Shown in pieces: positions 40,110 through 49,510 of a stretch of 64,000 bases of DNA (position 1 is its first letter; the number at the start of each line of letters is the position of its first letter). Position numbers and translations under genes: made by a program. The stretch spans positions 64,001 through 128,000 of the forward strand of contig OZ219750.1 in the NCBI GenBank assembly GCA_964291315.2, in the 5' to 3' direction. Origin of the DNA: Candidatus Poribacteria bacterium (GTDB lineage: Bacteria; Poribacteria; WGA-4E; WGA-3G). The notes beneath the pieces are model-generated. The model saw only the letters and a program-made list of their open reading frames with translations, was not told the DNA's origin and made no database searches.

Positions 40110-40310
40110 ACAACTTTATGTTTTGTAAGGATGCCCGGGGAACTAACGGGTGCCGGCTCGGAAATAGTGTGAATAATGTCTTAAAACGTTACACCAGTGT
40201 AACATTGCGCGTTGGGTGCTGATGTGCTGTAATCCTACGGACAGTGTGGGTTCTGATGCGTTAAACGTGAGCGTTCGGAAAAACGCGATTTAGCGAAAAG
40301 TGTAACATTT

Positions 40311-40368
40311 GCTCGATCCAACGAGTGATGCTACAACCCCCGGCGCACAGACTGGCAGGTTCTGCTGC
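40311..40368 (-). repeat. Two degenerate GTAG-type REP-like units
   Basis: gctcgatccaacgagtgatgctacaa and gcacagactggcaggttctgctgc. Confidence 0.5.
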
Positions 40369-40383
40369 AAAGGTACAGCGTAT

Positions 40384-40413
40384 ATTATACCACAAAACAT
40401 TTTGATATGTCAA
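40384..40413 (-). promoter_or_regulatory. Consensus sigma70 promoter upstream of the DUF1156 gene
   Basis: TTGACA-18-TATAAT with extended TG. Confidence 0.7.
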
Positions 40414-40651
40414 GTCTTTTTGAAAAAAGAGGGTTGTTTTGTTATTGAATGCGTTTCACATGTAAGTTTAGGTCGCCTGACGAAGTAGGCAATGGATAGC
40501 GAGAAGGAGATCGGATCTAGTGTCTATTTGACCCTGTTGCCGGCATAGAACCCGAGGATCACTTAGATATAGCTGAGGATCTCTACAACCGTTCGGCAGG
40601 ACTCCAAAATCGACTTGCGGAAACTACATAGGGGCGGCGGTTGGAAATGCC

Positions 40652-42034
40652 CTATTCAATCCACTGCATCGTCTCCCGGAGTTTTTCCTTTGCCTTTGCA
40701 TAATCCCGGCGCGTCCGATAATAGATACGTTGAGCCTCTGTAAATTGAGCTTGCGCTTGAAACGCGTCGTTGTAGGTGAGTCCTCGATAGCCGGGGATTT
40801 CGACTGTGACTTCGTCAAGCACCCGTTCTATTGTGCGTAGTTGTTGCTCGAAAATTCTGACACGTTTTTCTTCGATTTCCATTCGTTCTTTCGCGTTCGC
40901 CACTTCACGGTAGGCACGGCGGACCGCTACACGAATTGACTTTGTTTTTTCCAAGTGTACAAGCTGCATTCGTTCCAATTCTGCGAGTTCTCGGGATCTG
41001 ATATTTTCTGTTCGGTTTCCGTCGTATAAGGGAATATTGAAGTTGAAGCGCACTGCCCATCCGTCTTGATTCCGCGGATTCGTCTCAAAGATGCTCGGTA
41101 CATCTCGTTCTCTGTCAAGTATTAGAGGATCATATACGGCTTTTGCGTCCCAGGTTTGGTTTCGCTCTTGTTTTTCTAGGAGTAGGCTGAGGTCTTTGTA
41201 GCGTGCTTCAGCGGAAAGTTCGGGGAATCGACTCCAGATGGTCTCTGCAGCGAGGCGTTCTTGCCGGATTATATCGCCTTGTAAGTCGCGTAGGTCGAGA
41301 CTATTTGCGAGGGCGAGTTCAACGGCAGCCTCAAGCGTCACATCGTCATCGGGAAGCGGTTGTGAAAGGATGACGCGTGCCAATGGATCGAGTCCGATGA
41401 GACTGATGAGTTCAGCGGTATCCACATCGAGCTGTCGCTGGAGCTCGTTGAGTGCGAGTTGTTGTTCTGAGAGTTCAAGTTCGGTGTTGAGTTGGCTAAG
41501 AAAAGGTATTCGTTTTTCTGCCTGCTTAATTTGGGTGCCTTTCAGTTTTTGCTCTAGTTCTGCTGCGATCGCTCCGCGTTCCTCAATTTCTTCTTGTGTA
41601 AGCGTAATATTATGCCAGAGGTTGCGGACATCGTAAACACTGTGTTTCTTTGCGCGTTCATATTCAATCTCGGCTTTCCGCACGTCTTCTTGTGCTGCAT
41701 CAAGCCCTTGGGGAATTTCTCCGAATTGTGCGAAGAGCATGCTGATCTGTGCGCGACTGAGATAGTCGGTATCCTCGATACTGCCCTCTTTTTGGCGTTG
41801 ATATTCGCCTGTCAGTCCTACTTGGGGGAGATATACGGCTTTAGAGATACGGAGGTTTGCCTTGGCGCGTTGGACAACCTTTTCTGCTTTTTTGACGTTT
41901 TCGTTATTTCGTAGAGCGAGTTCTATCGCTCGTGCGGGTTGAAGCGATACAAACCGCTGAGGTGAGACGGCCCCGGCACTGCTGATAGATAAACACACCA
42001 GAAGGGTCATCAATTTTTTGCTTATGTTTCTCAT
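40652..42034 (-). CDS. TolC-family outer membrane protein
   Basis: Signal peptide; two repeats, AIELALRNN...YLPQV and LEAAVELALANS...FPELS; FNIPLYDG. Confidence 0.85.
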   Translation of the reverse strand: MRNISKKLMTLLVCLSISSAGAVSPQRFVSLQPARAIELALRNNENVKKAEKVVQRAKANLRISKAVYLPQVGLTGEYQRQKEGSIEDTDYLSRAQISMLFAQFGEIPQGLDAAQEDVRKAEIEYERAKKHSVYDVRNLWHNITLTQEEIEERGAIAAELEQKLKGTQIKQAEKRIPFLSQLNTELELSEQQLALNELQRQLDVDTAELISLIGLDPLARVILSQPLPDDDVTLEAAVELALANSLDLRDLQGDIIRQERLAAETIWSRFPELSAEARYKDLSLLLEKQERNQTWDAKAVYDPLILDRERDVPSIFETNPRNQDGWAVRFNFNIPLYDGNRTENIRSRELAELERMQLVHLEKTKSIRVAVRRAYREVANAKERMEIEEKRVRIFEQQLRTIERVLDEVTVEIPGYRGLTYNDAFQAQAQFTEAQRIYYRTRRDYAKAKEKLRETMQWIE

Positions 42035-42123
42035 TATTAGTTCTGTTTACGGTTCCCTATGATACTGGCAATAGGATGAATTTGTGTGAGTATCACGAAT
42101 TTAAAAACGCCAGTCGCCCTGCT

Positions 42124-44442
42124 TCAACGGCGGCTAATGCGGATTGTAACGACGACAATCGCAATCATGAGGAGTATCAGTGCCCCGAAAAGCAGCGTGG
42201 TCACCGACAATTGTGCTTGGGATTCAACCTGCACGGTAATGGATCGATCGCGTGCCTGAAATTTCCGGTTATCCACTGTGACTTCTGCGTTCAACTTGGC
42301 TTGATATTCCCCGACCTCAATATCCGTGGGCGGGCTTAACGTTAATTGTATTTCTGTCTCCTCATTTCGCCTGAGTGAATTGATAACTTCTGGGAGAACT
42401 GTGTATCTCCAATCCGTGTTGACATCAATAACCATACGGATATCCACGAGATCGCGGGTTCCTATATTTTTTAGGGTTGGTGTTATGTTGACCTCTTCGC
42501 CCATCTTGATTGTTTGGAAGGCGTTTAGGACGAATACCTCGATCTCTGGCACTCCTTTTGGAATTAGTTCGAACCGTTCGACTCCGCCTTGTATACTTTC
42601 GATTCTACTGGCTGGTAAAACCAGGCGATTGTTGACTCCGCCAAGTTCGTTTGCTTCGATTTCGTCAAGCACAGCGACATAGAACTCAAGCGTACTATCG
42701 AGGTAGGAGGCTTCTAGTTCCTCGGGTAGATAGACAATCAAGGACAATCTGCGTTTTGATTGTTCTTGTGTGAATTTGACCTGTGATTGCCGGGACTTCG
42801 TTTCTGGGTCTTGGAACTCAAAAGAGAGGCGTTCGAGTAGATTAATGATGCGCAGCTGGAAGGTATTTTCTGTTTCGGCCAATCGGTCTAGTGTCAAGTC
42901 GTAGGTGACGCTGCTTCCGAGGTTGCCTTCCTGCGAGAATCGTAATGAACTGACGTTGACGACATCCAAGGCGGATTCTTTTTGTAGATAGATGAGCCGT
43001 ATATCGGGTTCAGGCAGTTCAGGATATTTTAGGGAGACTTTCAAGCTGTCGACATCTTTCTGAAGTTGGAAGGTTAATTCCACTGTTTCGTTGTAGCCGA
43101 GGAGTTTTATCTTGGTTTCATAAGGTTTGACGATGTTTGTGTCATCGGTGACATCGAGCAAGGTGACATAAATTCCTCGGATCTCATTTGCTGCAGCGAT
43201 TTCTTCGGGCGTGGCGTTGCTTGGCATCGCTTCTGTAGTGGAGGTATTCTTCAATTGCAGCGTCACCATCATCTGTCCGCCTGTGTTGCTGGCGACGCGG
43301 AATTTTTTCGCGCTCAGGATAGAGATGTGGCGTGTATCTTCCTCGAGATGTATTCTTTTGGGGTAGGGCTTATCGAGGTATAGGATATAAACGGTAAGGC
43401 TATCGACATTGCGTCGGAGTTCAAAATCGAGAGTTGTTGCCTGTCCGTCTTTGAGCGTTGGAATGCGGTATTCGTATGGGTAGCCGATAATAGCGTCTGT
43501 TTCGTCTCTGATAGAGACGTAGACGTTGTTGATTTCTTGTGCTGTTGCCGCATTTGATTGGTCATCGGGAGTTGTGGGATATGTTTCTTTTCTGGTGTCT
43601 TCTATTGCCCCGTAGGTGAGGACGACTTCCAAGCGTCGTCGGTCTCCCTTCTTGTATCGTCTTGCTGACACGACGGAGATATAGGGGTCTTCCTGTTTTA
43701 GGTGGATATTTTTATTGTCGGTCTCCCCGGAGTATGTCAATTCTACGACGACGTCTCGGACATCCTGTTTTATGAGTTCAAATTCCAAGGTAACGGCTTC
43801 GCCCTCTTTGAGTGTTTTGATGCGTTGCTCGTAGGGTTCGGCGATAATTGCGCCGCTTGCGCCGTAACTTTCCTGTTCTTTAATGGAGACAAAGATGTCA
43901 TCAATCTGTGCGCTGATGATAATTTCGCGTCCTAGCACTTTGGAGCTCTCTACGAGTTTGACAGGCGAAGAGCTATTCCGCAAGGTGATTGAGAATAGCT
44001 CTTTTCCATCAGCGGATTCATATAGGTTTGTTTTTTCGACAGTGATGTGCCATTCGTCTTTGAGGGAGTGAAGTTCGGTTTCTTGGAGCATGAGTTTTGC
44101 TTGTTCGTATTCGGAGACAGCTGTTTCGTAATCTTCTTCCGCTTTATTGACTTCGGAGACGGTGACGATATTATTTGCCTCCCTCATCATGGCTTTGAGA
44201 TTTTCAAGTTCAACGAGTTTTTTTTTCATGAGCTGTTCCTTGAGTTGCATTTCCAGGCGCTTGGTCTCTATCTGGATTTGTCGGCTCTGCTCCTCTTTGG
44301 TCTTTGGTCTATTTTCATCGTCGGGTGGGGGCTCTTCTGCGAACGTAATTTGTGTTTTTATAGGCAGCAGCACTCCGATCGCGGTAAGGAGGATCAGCAT
44401 GCTTGTCAAAGCATGATAGGTCTTCCTTCTATATTCTTCCAT
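42124..44442 (-). CDS. Exported protein: N-terminal helical hairpin, three ~120-aa beta repeats, NEW3-like Ig domain, C-terminal transmembrane anchor
   Basis: Signal-like N-terminus; repeated I..[IV][FY]V[ST]...PYE..I..L......L.F.L..[DN]V; LKNIGTRDL..I...DW...GEY; C-terminal hydrophobic helix followed by RISRR. Confidence 0.75.
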   Translation of the reverse strand: MEEYRRKTYHALTSMLILLTAIGVLLPIKTQITFAEEPPPDDENRPKTKEEQSRQIQIETKRLEMQLKEQLMKKKLVELENLKAMMREANNIVTVSEVNKAEEDYETAVSEYEQAKLMLQETELHSLKDEWHITVEKTNLYESADGKELFSITLRNSSSPVKLVESSKVLGREIIISAQIDDIFVSIKEQESYGASGAIIAEPYEQRIKTLKEGEAVTLEFELIKQDVRDVVVELTYSGETDNKNIHLKQEDPYISVVSARRYKKGDRRRLEVVLTYGAIEDTRKETYPTTPDDQSNAATAQEINNVYVSIRDETDAIIGYPYEYRIPTLKDGQATTLDFELRRNVDSLTVYILYLDKPYPKRIHLEEDTRHISILSAKKFRVASNTGGQMMVTLQLKNTSTTEAMPSNATPEEIAAANEIRGIYVTLLDVTDDTNIVKPYETKIKLLGYNETVELTFQLQKDVDSLKVSLKYPELPEPDIRLIYLQKESALDVVNVSSLRFSQEGNLGSSVTYDLTLDRLAETENTFQLRIINLLERLSFEFQDPETKSRQSQVKFTQEQSKRRLSLIVYLPEELEASYLDSTLEFYVAVLDEIEANELGGVNNRLVLPASRIESIQGGVERFELIPKGVPEIEVFVLNAFQTIKMGEEVNITPTLKNIGTRDLVDIRMVIDVNTDWRYTVLPEVINSLRRNEETEIQLTLSPPTDIEVGEYQAKLNAEVTVDNRKFQARDRSITVQVESQAQLSVTTLLFGALILLMIAIVVVTIRISRR

Positions 44443-44492
44443 AATCTTTGTATCCTTTGCCTTATTGTGTGCGTGGTGGCGTAACCGTGCTT

Positions 44493-45227
44493 CTATGCGG
44501 TAGTTTCTTCTTCAAGTTGGTAGCCGGCGACATAGTGCAGATACAACGCCTCAAGGTCCTCTCTTTGGATCTCTTCGCGTGTGAGTTCCCGTTCAAGGTT
44601 GCCTTGGACAAGGATTCCGATTCGGTCGGCGATTTCCTTGGCGCGGAAGATGTCGTGCGTAGACATAAAGATAGCTTTTCCTTCTTCTCTTAATTGACGG
44701 AGCAGCTTCAAGAAATCAGCGCCTCCCTTGGGGTCGAGGCCAGAGGTTGGTTCATCGAGGAGGACGGCTTGTGCGTTTTTCATAATGGCAATGGCGATTC
44801 CGAGGCGTTGCCGCATTCCTTTCGAGAACGTTTTGACGCGCCGCGTAAACGCCTCCTCGGGTAATCCGACGCGTTCGAGCGTTGTATCTAATTCGGCATT
44901 TGATACTTTCTTGCGTCCGCCGAGTTTTGCGAAAAAGGACAAGTTTTGCCGTGCCGTGAAGTTCCGATAGAGTTCAACGTTTTCTGAGACGTAGGCGAGA
45001 TGCTTCTTCGCGTCTAGCGGAAACTTCGGAATTTCGATATCATCTATGAATGCGGTGCCGCTCGTGGGTTCGATGAAGTTCAAGAGCAGGGAGATAGTTG
45101 TGCTTTTCCCTGCACCGTTCGCCCCGAGGATGACATAGATTTCGCCGTCGTCTACTTTCAGATTGAGTTTATTGATGGCTAAAACGTTTTCATTATAGAT
45201 TTTCGTGAGGTCCCGGGTTACTAACAT
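44493..45227 (-). CDS. ABC transporter ATP-binding protein (ABC-2 type)
   Basis: GANGAGKS, FSKGMRQR, LLDEPTSGLD, STH. Confidence 0.92.
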   Translation of the reverse strand: MLVTRDLTKIYNENVLAINKLNLKVDDGEIYVILGANGAGKSTTISLLLNFIEPTSGTAFIDDIEIPKFPLDAKKHLAYVSENVELYRNFTARQNLSFFAKLGGRKKVSNAELDTTLERVGLPEEAFTRRVKTFSKGMRQRLGIAIAIMKNAQAVLLDEPTSGLDPKGGADFLKLLRQLREEGKAIFMSTHDIFRAKEIADRIGILVQGNLERELTREEIQREDLEALYLHYVAGYQLEEETTA

Positions 45228-45419
45228 CGGTTTCTCCTCTGGTCGATTCAGGTCTAAGAGTACCAGACATGTGATAGGTTTTCAAACGAGAGAGGTTCCA
45301 ATTTTGCCCTTTTATGGTTAAGGAGTATAGCACTTTCTTGCGAAGTAGGCAAACCTTTTTATCAGAAGTGGAAGCCGACACGCCGTCTTCCAAAGCATAG
45401 ACAGCTAATAACAAGGTTT

Positions 45420-45830
45420 TCATGTACCGAACAAATGGGTCTTGTATTCCTCAACAATCGCTTCTAACAGAGATTCAGGAATATCCTTCAACTGTGTCGC
45501 TAATTCCTCTTCGACGCTAATCATCAGGCTGTGGTCAAACGTTTCACGTTCGGCACATGGGTCAAGATATTCTCCGTGTGCTTCCAAGAGGACTGCCAAA
45601 CGTGCTGGGGTCAGCCCATCAGAAGAGCCGTGTAGCCCGCATGCGGTGCCTTGGTGGCCTTTTTCGTAATCGGTACCGAGGTGTTTTCGTAGGATTTCTT
45701 CTCTTTCTGCTCCTTGCGCGCCACTGTTTTCGAGTTCTGCTGCTGCGGCGATTGCTCGTCGATCCAGTTCGATGCGGAACGCCGTTGAGGCATCTGTTGC
45801 TGGGACCGGGTAGATTTTGTAGGTTTCCAT
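45420..45830 (-). CDS. Hypothetical acidic protein
   Basis: 136-aa ORF with a GGAGG RBS; no family recognised. Confidence 0.65.
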   Translation of the reverse strand: METYKIYPVPATDASTAFRIELDRRAIAAAAELENSGAQGAEREEILRKHLGTDYEKGHQGTACGLHGSSDGLTPARLAVLLEAHGEYLDPCAERETFDHSLMISVEEELATQLKDIPESLLEAIVEEYKTHLFGT

Positions 45831-45887
45831 ATTGTCCTCCGTGAGTTGCGAAGAGTAAGCCTGCTTATTCTCTTTAGAAGGCGAGTA

Positions 45888-47465
45888 CTATAGATGGGTT
45901 AGCGAAGCAATGGCTTCCGGGACTGCCTTGAGCACATCGCTTGCTATGAGCCCATGCATCCCCAATTTTTCTGCAGCGATGTTTCCTGCTAGGCCGTGGA
46001 CATAGACTGCGAGTGCGCTTGCGGTTTGAGTCGATGCGCCCTGTGCCATTAGTCCGGCAATTACGCCTGTCAAGACATCACCCATACCCCCTGTTGCCAT
46101 ACCGGGGTTGCCCGTTGAATTAATCCAGACATCTCCGCTTGCGGTTCCGGTAACAGTGGGTGCACCTTTAAGTATAAGGGTTACCTGATGTTCCTTTGCA
46201 AATTGTTGGGTAGTACCAATTCTGTCTTCTTCTAATATTGACATAGTTTTTTTTGTTAGGCGTGCCATTTCGCCGGGATGCGGTGTCAGCACTGTCTCCG
46301 GACCGAGTAATGAAATGAGTTCTGTCGCTTGTGCAAGTGCATTCAGCCCGTCTGCATCGATAACTGTTGGTATGCGGAGTCCTTGTTCTCGGTTTTCACG
46401 GATCAATAGGTGAACGAGAGCTACTGTCTCTGGATTTTGGGAAAGCCCGGGGCCAATGGCAAGTATAGATTTTGTTTTTACTGCGAATTCAAGGAGGGTT
46501 GAGCCTGCTGATATTGCCAAACTTCCGCTATCAGTTTCGGGTAGTGGCAATGTCATTACCTCAGGCAAAAGTCCCTCCAAGATTGGGTTGAGATGTTTCG
46601 GGGTGGCGAGCGTTACTAGTCCTGCGCCGATGCGCAGGGCTGCTTCACTTGCGAGAGCTGCTGCGCCTGTCATGCCGGTTGAGCCTGCAACGACAAGGAC
46701 CCGTCCGTAGGTGCCTTTATGAGAGGCTGATGGGCGCGGTGGCACCCATTGTGCGGCTTCTGCTGGCGTTGTCCAATGGACTTTAATGTTTTGGGCATCT
46801 ATAACCTGTTTGGGGAAACCGATGTCAACGACATCTAGTTTTCCAGCGAGTTCTGCTCCAGGGTGGACTAAGATCCCTCTTTTAGGCAAGCCTATCGTCA
46901 CAGTTCGATCGGCTTGCACACATGTCCCGAGTGGTTCCCCGGTGTCTGCATCGAGGCCGGACGGTAGGTCGACAGAGAGAATAGGTATGGAAAGCTGATT
47001 AATGGCATTAATTATGGTAGCGATTGGCTCGCGCACTTCGCCACGCAGCCCTGTACCGAAAATGGCATCTACAAGGAGTCCGCACCGGGCGATACGGTTT
47101 AAAGCAGCAGTTTTTTGCATTTTGCGTGCTGCGTTAGTTGGAAGTTCCTCAATCTGTATCCGCAGTCTTTTTGCAATTTGGAGGTTGGTGTCCGCTTCTG
47201 CGGTGAAGCTATTTGGTGGGGAAAGTAGGAAAAGATGTACGTTGCGGCCGGCGTGGGAGAGTTGGCGTGCGATGACAATGCCATCGCCGCCGTTATTACC
47301 TTTGCCTGCAAGGATACCGATGCGTTTACATACTGGATAGTGTCGTTCAATAGCGCGGGTGATGGCACTCCCAGCGGTTTCCATAAGGACGATACTGGGG
47401 ATGCCGATTCTTTGGGTGGTATGGAGATCGATTTGGCGCATTTCCGCGGCAGTGACGACTTTCAT
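45888..47465 (-). CDS. nnr: Bifunctional NAD(P)H-hydrate epimerase/dehydratase
   Basis: GKGNNGGDG, DAIFGTG, HKGTYG, DADGLN, TPHPGE, GGMGDVLTG; ATG 47465 overlaps the upstream stop (ATGA). Confidence 0.93.
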   Translation of the reverse strand: MKVVTAAEMRQIDLHTTQRIGIPSIVLMETAGSAITRAIERHYPVCKRIGILAGKGNNGGDGIVIARQLSHAGRNVHLFLLSPPNSFTAEADTNLQIAKRLRIQIEELPTNAARKMQKTAALNRIARCGLLVDAIFGTGLRGEVREPIATIINAINQLSIPILSVDLPSGLDADTGEPLGTCVQADRTVTIGLPKRGILVHPGAELAGKLDVVDIGFPKQVIDAQNIKVHWTTPAEAAQWVPPRPSASHKGTYGRVLVVAGSTGMTGAAALASEAALRIGAGLVTLATPKHLNPILEGLLPEVMTLPLPETDSGSLAISAGSTLLEFAVKTKSILAIGPGLSQNPETVALVHLLIRENREQGLRIPTVIDADGLNALAQATELISLLGPETVLTPHPGEMARLTKKTMSILEEDRIGTTQQFAKEHQVTLILKGAPTVTGTASGDVWINSTGNPGMATGGMGDVLTGVIAGLMAQGASTQTASALAVYVHGLAGNIAAEKLGMHGLIASDVLKAVPEAIASLTHL

Positions 47466-47869
47466 GCGGTATCGCTCTGAAGTTTGTTGGCAATTGCTAA
47501 GAGGTGTGCTTCCATCTGTTGCGCTGCCAGCTCTAAGCACTGCGGTTGTATCTGTAGTTCTTGCATCCGTTTATCTTGGTGAGTCTGGAGGCAGAAGTTT
47601 AAATTTGTGCGGAGATCAAATAGGCTCTGCTGGATGTGGTCATAGAAGGTGCCTTCGGGGTACATCCATCGTCTCCCACGCGTCTGTCGCAAGTTGAAAT
47701 GGCAGTGTCCATTGTCCCCGCCGAAGCAGTCGAAACGCATAACTTCATCGTCGTAGATGTACAAAGAAGCCGCTGGTCCACGTCCACCTGCATCGTTGCG
47801 CCAATATGCCTGTAATAGAACGTTGTCTTGAATAGGGTATTCAACCAGATCGTGCTTTGGGTTCTGCAT
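47462..47869 (-). CDS. Hypothetical protein
   Basis: GGAGG RBS; translationally coupled to nnr; contains EVMRFDCF...GHCHF. Confidence 0.7.
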   Translation of the reverse strand: MQNPKHDLVEYPIQDNVLLQAYWRNDAGGRGPAASLYIYDDEVMRFDCFGGDNGHCHFNLRQTRGRRWMYPEGTFYDHIQQSLFDLRTNLNFCLQTHQDKRMQELQIQPQCLELAAQQMEAHLLAIANKLQSDTA

Positions 47870-47926
47870 CTATGGTCCCTCCGTGGATGTTTCTGCGTGG
47901 TTAAAAAGTGAAGTGCGAAATACAGC

Positions 47927-47981
47927 TTGACAGTCAACCAATTTTGCGGTAAAGTATAGCAAACTCAGGAATAGAAGTCAA
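47927..47981. promoter_or_regulatory. Overlapping divergent sigma70-type promoters
   Basis: Plus strand TTGACA-17-TAAAGT; minus strand TTGACT-17-TATACT with extended TG. Confidence 0.6.
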
Positions 47982-48222
47982 CATCTAACTTAAAATTTTC
48001 TATTATTATGAGAAAAACGAGGCAGCACCTTATATCTCTGCTGATCCGTCAAGAAGAATAGGCGAGAGATAGGGGTGTCAGAGAGGTCCTTGTTTTCGGC
48101 GAACGGGTCTCCCTTCAAGGGGTGGTGCATCTTGTCTGGGGTGCTGATTTAGAGGATGCCCTTGCAATTGAACTCACTTAATGCTGAGTGCGATCTCCGG
48201 ATTGCGCTGAAAGGAAACTTAT

Positions 48223-49236
48223 ATGGAAACCACTTTTAAAGCAGGAATTATCGGTTGCGGTGGGCGCGGCCGCTCACATGCTCGCGGCTATCAGGTGTCC
48301 GCGGATGTTGACATCGTTGCTTGTTCTGATCCGGTTGAGGACGCACGAAACGCTTTCGCCGAGGCGTTTGATGTGCCGCATACCTACGAAAACTATCAGG
48401 AGATGTTGGATGCAGAATCTCTGGATTTCGTGAGTGTTTGCACGTGGATTGGGCTTCATAAGGAGATGGTAGTGGCTGCTGCTAAGAGTGGCATTAGAGC
48501 GATCCATTGTGAGAAGCCGATGGCTCCTACATGGGGGGATGCCAAGGAGCTTTATCAAGCGTGTGTTGATAACGGTGTCGTTATCACTTTTTGTCATCAG
48601 CGTCGTTTTGGTGCGCAGTTCGTGAAAGCGAAACGTTTGGCAAATGAGGGTGCGATCGGTGAGTTGCGCCGCTTGGAAGCTGCTTGCCCAAATTTGCTTG
48701 ACTGGGGGACTCATTGGTTTGATATGTTCTTTTTTTATAACAATGACGAACCTGTTGATTGGGTTATCGGTCAAATAGATGTGGCAGCGGAAAAGACAGT
48801 TTTCGGTGTTCAAGTTGAGACAAGTGGTGTTTCATGGATACGTTGGAAGAACGGTGTAGAGGGTTTGCTTACGACAGGCGGGACCTCTTTAGGCGGTTTC
48901 GCGAATCGTCTCATAGGTACGAAAGGGATCATTGATGTGGGTAGTAGTGGTGCGGCTCCGGTGCGGCTTCTGCGTGAGAATAGTACGGGATGGGAAGAAC
49001 CGGATTTGACAGGGTTAGTCTCCGAGCGTGATGCGACGGTGCTCTCTGTGTTGGATCTCGTCCACGGCATAAAAACGGGACGTGAGCCAGAACTCAGTGG
49101 GCGCAAAGCGCTTCAGGCGACGGAGCTCATTTTTGCGACGTATCAGTCGAGTCGGCAGCGAGCGAAGATTAATTTACCGCTGACAGTAGATGATTCTGCC
49201 CTGTTAACGATGGTTGCTAACGGTGACATCGGTTAA
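48223..49236 (+). CDS. Gfo/Idh/MocA family oxidoreductase
   Basis: GIIGCGGRG, CEKPMA, HQRRF, DWGTH. Confidence 0.9.
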   Translation: METTFKAGIIGCGGRGRSHARGYQVSADVDIVACSDPVEDARNAFAEAFDVPHTYENYQEMLDAESLDFVSVCTWIGLHKEMVVAAAKSGIRAIHCEKPMAPTWGDAKELYQACVDNGVVITFCHQRRFGAQFVKAKRLANEGAIGELRRLEAACPNLLDWGTHWFDMFFFYNNDEPVDWVIGQIDVAAEKTVFGVQVETSGVSWIRWKNGVEGLLTTGGTSLGGFANRLIGTKGIIDVGSSGAAPVRLLRENSTGWEEPDLTGLVSERDATVLSVLDLVHGIKTGREPELSGRKALQATELIFATYQSSRQRAKINLPLTVDDSALLTMVANGDIG

Positions 49237-49420
49237 AGAGATGATTTGCATGTTAATGGGCTTTGCGGACATGAGGTGCAATTTTGTTCTGTCGTTTCTG
49301 TGATTTGTCAACTTTTATCAACCTAATTCAGTTTTTTGCGTCTAATGTATATTAATTAAGCAAGGGTCATTATATCTGCTGTCCCTCGAAAGAATATAAA
49401 TCCAAACAGTGTGAAGCAAG

Positions 49421-49453
49421 AAAAAAAACGGGGATGTTACTAGTACATCCCGT
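49421..49453 (-). terminator. Intrinsic terminator oriented on the minus strand
   Basis: Minus strand ACGGGATGT-ACTAGTA-ACATCCCCG followed by a run of 8 T. Confidence 0.55.
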
Positions 49454-49510
49454 GCAACGCGAGTTATCAAGTTAATGGTCGTCTGGCTCGCTACAAGCGG
49501 AGAGAAACGA

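Noticed and set aside
36678-40368. Integron cassette array (repeats between single genes)
   Set aside because: Units are ~24 nt, lack the RYYYAAC...GTTRRRY attC structure, and no integrase is in the window.
47990-48220. Riboswitch in the leader of the Gfo/Idh/MocA gene
   Set aside because: Only short, weak stems and no recognisable aptamer consensus by eye.
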